A program made the position numbers and the translations under genes. A model generated the notes under the pieces. That model saw only the letters and a list, made by a program, of their open reading frames with translations. It was not told the DNA's origin and ran no database searches. Shown here in pieces: positions 48,692-56,988 of a DNA stretch of 64,000 nucleotides. The stretch comes from Cyclobacteriaceae bacterium (GTDB taxonomy: Bacteria > Bacteroidota > Bacteroidia > Cytophagales > Cyclobacteriaceae): NCBI GenBank assembly GCA_040079965.1, contig JBEBJH010000001.1:3862-67861 (forward strand), written 5' to 3'. How positions within the stretch are numbered: the first letter of the stretch is position 1; each line of letters opens with the position of its first letter.

Positions 48692-49504
48692 ATGTATCGC
48701 GTGCTTCTCTTGTGCTTTTTGATTGGTCTGCCCCTAACGGGGAGCACTCAGCATAATGGGTTATTGCCAGATCTTCTCAGTAGCCATCCGGCCACGGATC
48801 CTGTGGCGATAACCCATAGAATGAATGTGTTTATATCTACCCTTCGTGAGAAAAGAGCAAGGAATTCTGACAAGGAATTTGTAAGACTGATTTTTCGTGA
48901 ATCATATAGAAAGTTTTTTGATACTTATAAGCCCTATGCTCAGGTTTCAGAAATATTTGAAAGCGGTACCTACGATTGCCTAAGTGCAACCAGTTTACTG
49001 AGTGTGATGTTGGAAGAATTTAATTTTGATTATAAGATCATTGAAACCAACTATCACATTTTTCTTTCAGTAGAAACTGACACGGGCCCTATATTGTTGG
49101 AATCCACCGATCGGTACAACGGAATTGTTTCCGATCCGAAACAAATTGAGCAACGGATTTCAACATATAGAAATAACAAGCTATTTATCAACCCTTCTCA
49201 GTCAGATAAAGATCACTACCAGTACAATTTGAATCTTTATCAGATTGTGCAACCTAACCAACTTCCCGGCCTCCTCTATTTCAACCAGGCAGTAATAGCT
49301 TATAATAATAAAGACCTGGTTAAATGTGCTGCTAAACTAGATCAGGCAAGAAAAATTTATGAATCACAGCGCACTTCTGAGTTTGCCATAATCCTCGTAA
49401 AATCAGTGGTAGACAGCAACCTGAATGAAGAAGAAAAAAAGGACCTGATCAGGCCCTTTGTCAAGTATCTAAGAAATTCAAATTCTGTAATTGCTTCTCG
49501 TTAG
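48692..49504 (+). CDS. Secreted hypothetical protein with a transglutaminase-like (SirB1-like) Cys-His-Glu pattern
   Basis: Signal peptide, GTYDCLSA, NYHIFL, LLESTD, then TPR-like helices (LYFNQAV.AY). Confidence 0.55.
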   Translation: MYRVLLLCFLIGLPLTGSTQHNGLLPDLLSSHPATDPVAITHRMNVFISTLREKRARNSDKEFVRLIFRESYRKFFDTYKPYAQVSEIFESGTYDCLSATSLLSVMLEEFNFDYKIIETNYHIFLSVETDTGPILLESTDRYNGIVSDPKQIEQRISTYRNNKLFINPSQSDKDHYQYNLNLYQIVQPNQLPGLLYFNQAVIAYNNKDLVKCAAKLDQARKIYESQRTSEFAIILVKSVVDSNLNEEEKKDLIRPFVKYLRNSNSVIASR

Positions 49505-50211
49505 TTTTCAAGAACCCGAAGTTCCACTCTTCTGTTTAAGGCATGAGCCTCTTCTGTATTTTCCAAGCTTAGAGGCTGGATACCGCCAAAAGCTTTTGTT
49601 TTAATTTTACTCTTGTTTCCGCCTTTGGATATAAGATACGTCTTCACAGCATTTACGCGATCCTGAGAGAGTTTCATATTTAATTTTGCATCGCCCCGTG
49701 TGTCAGTATGGCCTTCCAACTGAATAACCATGCGCGGATTATTTTTCAACATCAGGGCAACTTCATCCAATTCAGCATAGGAAGAAGGGGCAATCTTTGC
49801 TTTTCCGGCATCAAAGATCAAGTTATCCAGACGCATTACTTTTCCTACTGTATGGGTAGTTTCGGCATTGTTTGCTGCACCTGATGGTAAGTTCAACTCA
49901 ATATCTTTGATAAGTCTTCGCTCGCCATTAGCTTCTGCAGGATCAAGCATATACTTCGAGGGCGCAAAGCCTGCAGCCTCTACAGTTACAGAGTATTTCT
50001 CGCCATCATAAAGTGGAAATGAAAAAGAAATTCCTGAAAGGAAGCCCACTTTACTTCCATAAGGAAGACTCTGATACGAGATGCGAGCAAATACCGGCTC
50101 TTTAGTTACTGCATTTACAATCTTGCCCTGAGCATAAATGAGCGTGTCGGGAGCTTGACCCAAAGCTGTCAAACAACAAGAGAAAAAGAGAAAGAAAGAA
50201 ATAACTCTCAT
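49501..50211 (-). CDS. OmpA-family protein (carboxypeptidase-regulatory-like domain + OmpA_C)
   Basis: IQLEGHTD, NMKLSQDRV.AVK.YL, NRRVE. Confidence 0.88.
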   Translation of the reverse strand: MRVISFFLFFSCCLTALGQAPDTLIYAQGKIVNAVTKEPVFARISYQSLPYGSKVGFLSGISFSFPLYDGEKYSVTVEAAGFAPSKYMLDPAEANGERRLIKDIELNLPSGAANNAETTHTVGKVMRLDNLIFDAGKAKIAPSSYAELDEVALMLKNNPRMVIQLEGHTDTRGDAKLNMKLSQDRVNAVKTYLISKGGNKSKIKTKAFGGIQPLSLENTEEAHALNRRVELRVLEN

Positions 50212-50213
50212 GG

Positions 50214-52244
50214 TTACATCTTTAAGATTTTAAACTCAACTCTGCGATTTTTGCGATTGCCTTCCCTGGTGTTGCTCGTATCAATTAACTGCGTTTCTCC
50301 AAAGAAAGTAGTGGTGATGCGCTCAGCGGCAACTCCCAGTTCGGCCAGGTATCCTGAAACAGATTTTGCTCTTCGTTCCGAAAGCCCCAGGTTATAAGCG
50401 TCCGGGCCAACCGGATCTGTATGTCCGGAAATTTCTACCTGCATGGTAGGGCGTTCCTTCATCAACGTTACAATTCGGTTAAGTTCAGGGAATGACTCCT
50501 TTTTAAGAATTGATTTGTCGAAATCAAAGAAGATGTTGTTCAATGTAATCTTTGCATTCTCTTCAACAAGGGCTACTCCGATAGGTGCCAAGGTGATGTC
50601 CTTCACAGCCACCGCTCCATCCATTGTATAGTTGCGAAGATCTAAATTTTGATTTTCGGAAATATGGTCTTTAGCTTCGGCACGAAACCCATACTGCTGG
50701 CCACCGGGCAAGTGGATTTCATATTCTCCTGTTTCAGGGTTGGAATAAGTTACACCAACCTCTTTTCCATCAGAAAGCCGTTCATAGATAATTTTTGCAC
50801 CTATGGGTTTGCCTGTTTTTGCATCAATAAGTTTCCCTTTAACAATTACAATTGGTTCGGGGGTCATGAACATCGGCATCTTAACCCGGAAGACGTCAGA
50901 ATTATCGGCCGTGATACCGCGGGAATAGTAAGCATACTGACTCGTTGACGGAATGTTGAAAAACAAATCATCCAACTTAGTATTGATTTCGGGGCCCAGA
51001 TTTTCAGGTGAAGACCAGTTGGTCCAGGTGTCATCGAGGCGTTTAGACATGTATACATCGCTACCTCCATAGCCACTAAATCCATTCGATGAGTAGTATA
51101 AGGTTTTATCATCCGAAGCAAGGAATGGAGCAGACTCTTCAGAGACAGTGTTAATAGTTTTGCCGAGGTTAAGAGGTTGAGTCCAGGTTCCATCGTCTTT
51201 TTCAAAGCTTACATAAAGATCTCTTCCACCCTGTGTATCCTCTCGCTCTACGGACATCAGCAGTGACTTTCGTGTGTTGGCTAAAAAGTAGTTGGCCTTC
51301 TCATTGTAGTTGTAATCATTTTCAATTTGGATGGGTTTGGGATCGCTCCAGGTGCCACCAATATTATTACTGATTGAAACCCCGGCAACCATTTTACCCT
51401 TGTCCAGATACTTGTTTCCAAGTAACAAAACCACCGCCTTACCATCGGGTGTTGCGGCTACTGTATTGACAAAATTAGGTTGGTCATTATTGAATTGAGG
51501 CCCTATATTTTTAGCTAAAGACCACTTGCCATCTGACCCGAGTTCAGAATACCAGATGTCTTCTTTGTCGCTGGTGCCGCCTACGTTTTCGGGATGATTC
51601 TTACGACTGAAGTAAAGGGTCTTTCCATCCGGAGAGAGCAACGGGTTGTACTCGCTAAAGTCACTGTTTACATTGGTATCAAGTCTCTCTACTACAAGAC
51701 CTTTGCTAAGAAGTTCAGGTAAATCGATGTTAGCAATAATCGGAATGTGAGAATCAGAAATAGCCACAGCATCCAAAGAAAAGTAATCGGGCAATGCACT
51801 ACCATCAAACTCTAGTTTCACGGCTACCACCTTATAGGTAGTTTTTTCCACAAAGACATTCAACATGCGGCCTTGCAAAGGAACTACCATCGGATTGAAC
51901 GTATGCACGAGGTATTCTTTACCAGCTTCATCGTACAGATAAGCCTTAAAGAGTGCTCCGGGATTATAGGATTCGGCAATGGCAATTTGTTGAATTTGTA
52001 TGGGATTATCATATCCCAATTTTATGAACTCTGTGCGCTTTGGCTTATCGGGTGTCCAGGCGGCTGGATTTTGCCCGCCCGCAGGCAAAACATTTGGTTG
52101 ACCCAAAGCCTGTTGTGCAGAATATTGAATCGGTGTTAGCTCAGAGGAAACTTCAAGTACTTTCGATGCCCATTGAACAGACTGGCCATTTGAGAAGTGG
52201 ATCCCTACCAGAACAAGGCACAGGATTAATAGAATTTTTCTCAT
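50214..52244 (-). CDS. OmpA-family protein with PD40 beta-propeller and an extra N-terminal domain (PorE-like)
   Basis: PD40 repeats (SPDGKTLYFS, ASDDKTLYYSSNG, GYGGSDVY), VEISGHTD, NRRVEF. Confidence 0.85.
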   Translation of the reverse strand: MRKILLILCLVLVGIHFSNGQSVQWASKVLEVSSELTPIQYSAQQALGQPNVLPAGGQNPAAWTPDKPKRTEFIKLGYDNPIQIQQIAIAESYNPGALFKAYLYDEAGKEYLVHTFNPMVVPLQGRMLNVFVEKTTYKVVAVKLEFDGSALPDYFSLDAVAISDSHIPIIANIDLPELLSKGLVVERLDTNVNSDFSEYNPLLSPDGKTLYFSRKNHPENVGGTSDKEDIWYSELGSDGKWSLAKNIGPQFNNDQPNFVNTVAATPDGKAVVLLLGNKYLDKGKMVAGVSISNNIGGTWSDPKPIQIENDYNYNEKANYFLANTRKSLLMSVEREDTQGGRDLYVSFEKDDGTWTQPLNLGKTINTVSEESAPFLASDDKTLYYSSNGFSGYGGSDVYMSKRLDDTWTNWSSPENLGPEINTKLDDLFFNIPSTSQYAYYSRGITADNSDVFRVKMPMFMTPEPIVIVKGKLIDAKTGKPIGAKIIYERLSDGKEVGVTYSNPETGEYEIHLPGGQQYGFRAEAKDHISENQNLDLRNYTMDGAVAVKDITLAPIGVALVEENAKITLNNIFFDFDKSILKKESFPELNRIVTLMKERPTMQVEISGHTDPVGPDAYNLGLSERRAKSVSGYLAELGVAAERITTTFFGETQLIDTSNTREGNRKNRRVEFKILKM

Positions 52245-52383
52245 ATAAAATACGCAGGGTATAGCTAAGCGTTTGGATTAAAGGATAAACATAGCTAAAA
52301 ATTGAAAAAAGGGGAAATAATTACATCAATCAAAGTGATTCTTATTCTAACAGAATTTGATTAAGTAGCTTGTTTTGAGGCAA

Positions 52384-54684
52384 TCACTCCATTGAAGTCT
52401 TATTAAAAAGAAGAAACCCTACATGCAGGAGCACACCAAGTTCGGTTTCGTTGTCATCATAATAATTTACACTTAGACTTATAGGCCCCACAGTAGAATG
52501 AAGCACAAGACCGGCAGTTGCAGCAAAGTAAATTTTTGTAAGATCGCCATTCAATGTCGCTTCCTGATTTTGTGACATCCCAATGGCCTCAAAGGGCTTG
52601 AACAAATATCCTTCTAACCTGAAATCCAGACTTTTTTGAATAGTGAATACATTTCGCCAGCCCCCCGCTATATAATTAAAGGCTCGAAAATTTTGAAGCA
52701 GCAATGTCCTGCTGTCCTGAATGGGGCTAAAAGCGGGAGCATTTATAATTGTGCCCATATAATTGGCGAAGACTGGCTGATTCGACAACACACCTTCGAA
52801 AAAGTACCCCGAACTATAAATTCCCTTTCTGAAATATTGTTCCAAAGATACTTTGGCCCGTACCCATGAGCGATAATTTGATTGGGGCTCCGCAATCAAT
52901 GAAGTGTTGCCGGGCTCGTAGTTTTCAACAACACCGAACCAATCGACCGAAAAAGAATAGGATTTTCCCATTGATGCATATTGCTTTCGGTTAAGCGTAT
53001 TAGAAGTAAAGGCTATTCCTGCGCGACTTCCACTTAGGCGCAATATATCCAGGGTATCCGTGGAGGTCAGGACATCAGTGTTTAAATATTGATCCCGGTT
53101 ATTCAGGTATGAGCCTTCAATTGTCATTTTGTAATTTTTGCCTACTGGAATTCCAAGGGCTACTCCTACTTTCCGATCGATGCGGTAAAGGACAGTTGGT
53201 GAGAAATTTTTTACTACCAAATCATTTCCCTGAAGAAAATCCCACTTGTTAAAAGTAGCAATTGGTTCTAAATAGAATTGACCACGATTGGGGAAATCAA
53301 TCCGAGCTTTTACCTGTGCAGATTTATAAAAATTACCTGTAGAGAAGTTTGCATTGACATGCGTAAGTGTGCGATTAAAGTAATAGTAATTCATTCCCAG
53401 GTAAATGTTACTGATGTTTCGGGTGGCAATAACTCCGCCAAAGTCTACCTGAAAATTATTTTGTGGCCGTTTGGTTAAACCAAAATTGAAGTTTTGCTTC
53501 TCCGCATTAAAAGCAAATCCTGGATAAAGATTATTAAAGTAATCATGGGATACGAGATGGTAAAACCCCGATTTTATTTCGTTGAACGAAATCGGTCGTT
53601 TACCACTGTTGAAAAAGCGATTAATGAATTTTTGCTGATTACGACTGAATCCATCGAACTGAATGTGATCGACCAAAAGTGCACTGCTTTTGTTATTGAA
53701 TTTATTGCGCGCCTCGGCCACCACCTCGCATGTTCTTCGGGCACTTATTTTTTGCTTGATTTCTGCCATCTGCCTCATGGTTTGCAAATAACCGCTGTCA
53801 ATCAAAGCCTGGGCTTTACTAAAATCAAAAGAAGTATAGCGCAATACATTGGGTTGGATATAAACTCCGGACGCGGGAATCGCTGACGGATCAGAATTAT
53901 CAAGGAGCATGTACAACAGCGATCGTGAGATTAGCTTTTCATCTTCTCCATAAGGATATTCTTTATAGATTTTTGAAGATACATTGCTGCCAATTATCAC
54001 ATCCGGAGTAAATTCCTTTAGGGCCACATCCACTGGAAAATTATTATACACGCCACCATCAAAAAGGTATTTTCCATCAATGCGAATCGGATTATAAAAG
54101 AAAGGCACCGTTTGGGTAGCCCGTAAAGCATCGCTAAGAGATCCTTTGGAGAGAATCACCTCGGTTTGCGTAAAGATGTCAGATGCAACAACCCTTAGCG
54201 GAACAAATAAACTATCAAAGTTATTTTCTGCAATGGCCGAAGGCTGTGCGAATTTTTCGGCCAACGCAAAGTTCAGCGACAAGTCATTGACAATAGTGGT
54301 ATTGAGTAGGATTGAAAAGGCTGAATCAAGAGATAAGTTCAGCCGAAGGAAAGACGCATCGTCATCTTTGCGGGCAAAGTAATAATTATGCCCAGCTTCG
54401 AGTTTGCCATTTACCCAAAGTAAAAACTCTTTTGATAGGACAATTTCTTCGATTTGGTTAGGGCTCATACCCGCAGCGTAGCAACCTCCAACGATGCCAC
54501 CCATAGAGGTCCCCGCTATATAGTCAATGGGGATTTCATTTTCCTCCAACGCCTTTAGTACTCCCACATGAGCGATGCCTTTAGCAGCCCCGCCACTCAA
54601 GACCAGACCCACTTTTTGCGTCCAGCCCGGAAGCGCCAGTAATACGAATAGTAGGGTAATACAAAGCCTCTGCATAAAATTCAA
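52384..54684 (-). CDS. Patatin-like phospholipase with C-terminal POTRA/beta-barrel-like region (PlpD-like)
   Basis: LVLSGGAAKG, GTSMG, DGGVYNN. The C-terminus has alternating beta strands ending HVGFLLF. Confidence 0.85.
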   Translation of the reverse strand: MNFMQRLCITLLFVLLALPGWTQKVGLVLSGGAAKGIAHVGVLKALEENEIPIDYIAGTSMGGIVGGCYAAGMSPNQIEEIVLSKEFLLWVNGKLEAGHNYYFARKDDDASFLRLNLSLDSAFSILLNTTIVNDLSLNFALAEKFAQPSAIAENNFDSLFVPLRVVASDIFTQTEVILSKGSLSDALRATQTVPFFYNPIRIDGKYLFDGGVYNNFPVDVALKEFTPDVIIGSNVSSKIYKEYPYGEDEKLISRSLLYMLLDNSDPSAIPASGVYIQPNVLRYTSFDFSKAQALIDSGYLQTMRQMAEIKQKISARRTCEVVAEARNKFNNKSSALLVDHIQFDGFSRNQQKFINRFFNSGKRPISFNEIKSGFYHLVSHDYFNNLYPGFAFNAEKQNFNFGLTKRPQNNFQVDFGGVIATRNISNIYLGMNYYYFNRTLTHVNANFSTGNFYKSAQVKARIDFPNRGQFYLEPIATFNKWDFLQGNDLVVKNFSPTVLYRIDRKVGVALGIPVGKNYKMTIEGSYLNNRDQYLNTDVLTSTDTLDILRLSGSRAGIAFTSNTLNRKQYASMGKSYSFSVDWFGVVENYEPGNTSLIAEPQSNYRSWVRAKVSLEQYFRKGIYSSGYFFEGVLSNQPVFANYMGTIINAPAFSPIQDSRTLLLQNFRAFNYIAGGWRNVFTIQKSLDFRLEGYLFKPFEAIGMSQNQEATLNGDLTKIYFAATAGLVLHSTVGPISLSVNYYDDNETELGVLLHVGFLLFNKTSME

Positions 54685-54763
54685 ACACGGAAAATCCCAA
54701 AGGGACAGCTGTAAGTTACCTTATAAACAAAAAAGTAACAGGAAAATTGCCGGAATAGTGCAA

Positions 54764-56083
54764 TCAGCGAACCGCAACCTCTACTTCTGAAGAATTAGAA
54801 GGAAAGGGAATTAACTCCAGACGTTTTATTATATCCTCTTTCACTCGTTCGAAAGATTGGAAATAGTCGGGTTTCACTGGCTGAGAAGGCGGTAACTCAA
54901 CTTTAAGAGCATCCACCTGCACACCGTTTTTCCAGAAACGATAACATAAATGTGGGCCAGTTGCTAAGCCCGTACTGCCAACATACCCTATCGTTTGTCC
55001 CTGGCGTACCCGCGTGCCGGAAGTAATTCCACTTGCAATTTTTGACATATGCAAATAACCTGTCGTATAAGTGCCATTATGTCTGATCTTTACATAGTTA
55101 CCATTGTTGGTTTTGTATTGAGCCTCTTCTACAATACCATCACCCACTGACCGAATAGGCGTACCCGTGGAAGCCGCAAAGTCGGTACCTAAGTGAGGGC
55201 GAAAAACTTTAACTACAGGATGAAAGCGGTTTTTTGAGTAGCGCGAACTGATACGTGAAAACTCAATGGGATATTTTAGAAGCGCTTTCCGTAAACTGTT
55301 TCCATTTTCGTCAAAATAATCCGGGCCATCTCCCTGATCAAAAGGGAAAGCATAATATCCATTGCTGGAATGCTCGAAATAAACACCGAGAATTCTCCCA
55401 ATGCCTATCGCTTTCTCATCTACCAGATTTTCTTCATAGATCAATTTAAACTGATCGCCTTTTTGTAATCGCTGAAAATCTACTACCCAGGCGAAAATGT
55501 CAACAAACTTATTGGTGAGATCATGTGAAACATTCATCGCCTCGATGGTGTGAGATAAGGTTGATTCTATTCTTCCAGATATCTGCCTTTCCAGGGTATC
55601 AACTTTTCGCTGACAGGCTTCTACCAGCAGCGAATCTCTTAAATGAAATACTACATAGTCGATCGGATTTGGTTCATACACCAACGCACGAATCGTATTT
55701 AAGGAATCGTGTTCTACCAATAACGTGTACTTTTTATGCGCTGAAATCTTTCTGAAATCGTACGTGCTGCGGGGCAATAGATTTAGCTGCTGCAAAACGG
55801 ATGGAGAAACATAGTATCCGGAAAGTAAATCGGTAAACCGCTGATTGCGCTTCACTTCGTCCTCCACAACGTGTAGATTGTTAACGACCATGCCATGCAA
55901 AAATACAGGCAACACGATTTCGCTCTCTACATGATGTGAAGAATCGCTCTCCACAACATAATCACCGGCTGAAGAGAAAAAAGAAGTTTTCGCATCGATC
56001 CAAAAGAAAGCAACCGCAGCGAACACCATTAACACAGCGGCAATTCCTACTTTTTTTGCAATAGCAGATTTGAAAAACATCAT
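54764..56083 (-). CDS. M23-family peptidoglycan DD-endopeptidase (MepM-like)
   Basis: N-terminal TM, RISSRY...RFHPV, HLGTD (HxxxD), GYVGSTGLATGPHLCY. Confidence 0.88.
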   Translation of the reverse strand: MMFFKSAIAKKVGIAAVLMVFAAVAFFWIDAKTSFFSSAGDYVVESDSSHHVESEIVLPVFLHGMVVNNLHVVEDEVKRNQRFTDLLSGYYVSPSVLQQLNLLPRSTYDFRKISAHKKYTLLVEHDSLNTIRALVYEPNPIDYVVFHLRDSLLVEACQRKVDTLERQISGRIESTLSHTIEAMNVSHDLTNKFVDIFAWVVDFQRLQKGDQFKLIYEENLVDEKAIGIGRILGVYFEHSSNGYYAFPFDQGDGPDYFDENGNSLRKALLKYPIEFSRISSRYSKNRFHPVVKVFRPHLGTDFAASTGTPIRSVGDGIVEEAQYKTNNGNYVKIRHNGTYTTGYLHMSKIASGITSGTRVRQGQTIGYVGSTGLATGPHLCYRFWKNGVQVDALKVELPPSQPVKPDYFQSFERVKEDIIKRLELIPFPSNSSEVEVAVR

Positions 56084-56145
56084 GACTTAAAAAATAGTGG
56101 CCCAAATTTGCCACAAGTTTAGTTTAAAAAATGCGCACAACCGAT

Positions 56146-56153
56146 CAAAGATA
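56146..56153 (-). promoter_or_regulatory. -7 promoter element for the M23 peptidase
   Basis: TATCTTTG on the minus strand. Confidence 0.5.
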
Positions 56154-56455
56154 GGAAAAGAGAAGACTAACTTTTATTATTAAGTCAATTCGTAATGATT
56201 ATTGCTTTAACCGTTGGTCAATTTTATCGGTTAAGTCGCGGGGTTTGATCATTGACTTGTAGGCAAGTTTAAAAAATGTTTCAAGGTTTGGTAATAACAG
56301 ACCCCTTACTTATTCTGAGATAAAAGCCTATCCATGCCTGCTAATTGCTGTTGTGTGAGGCTTTTTTGTATCCTCAGCTCCTTCAGTGTTTCCCCAAATA
56401 CAATTTTCAGATTGCCTTTCACCTATTAGGCAATCTATTCGGATAACAAACTCGA

Positions 56456-56486
56456 TTTGCGGGCAATTGCCACATGGTTATATTTG
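56456..56486 (+). promoter_or_regulatory. Complete Bacteroidota housekeeping promoter (-33/-7)
   Basis: TTTG (56456-59), 19-nt spacer, TATATTTG (56479-86), matching the TTTG-N19-21-TAnnTTTG consensus. Confidence 0.68.
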
Positions 56487-56526
56487 ATTACGGAAAGTTT
56501 ATAAGACTTATTGAAGCCAAATTGCC

Positions 56527-56979
56527 ATGAAAAACATTTTTGTTCTTACAATTTTGGTTTTTATAACCTCTGGCACACTCTCCGCCCAAACCCTAAAGTT
56601 TGTTGAGTTAAGCGAAGTTAAAGCCTTTAAGCGAGGTAAAGAGTATAGCATTAAGTGGTCGGGAGGGCAAGCCGATCAAATGATAAAAATCGAACTATAT
56701 AATCATGCAGAAAAAGTTCAAAGCTGGGATGAAACGTTGAATAATGGTGAGCTTGATATCAAATTGAATTCAAAATTAAAGCTAGGCAAAGGTTATAGTT
56801 TCAAAATCTTGGCTGGTGGAGATGTTGTTAGTTCACAAGATTTTCAGATAAAGAGAAAAATACCATTAGCAATAACAATTTCTACAGCAATTATTGTTCC
56901 TACCGTTGTGATTCTTTTTAGTATAAGAGATGAAGGGGGAAAAATAATTGACCCCATACCACCCCCAGTTGGCAATTAG
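56527..56979 (+). CDS. Hypothetical exported protein with a C-terminal TM and Pro-rich tail
   Basis: Signal peptide (LSAQ), Ig-like beta domain, hydrophobic helix, tail IIDPIPPPVGN. Confidence 0.6.
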   Translation: MKNIFVLTILVFITSGTLSAQTLKFVELSEVKAFKRGKEYSIKWSGGQADQMIKIELYNHAEKVQSWDETLNNGELDIKLNSKLKLGKGYSFKILAGGDVVSSQDFQIKRKIPLAITISTAIIVPTVVILFSIRDEGGKIIDPIPPPVGN

Positions 56980-56988
56980 TTACGAAAG

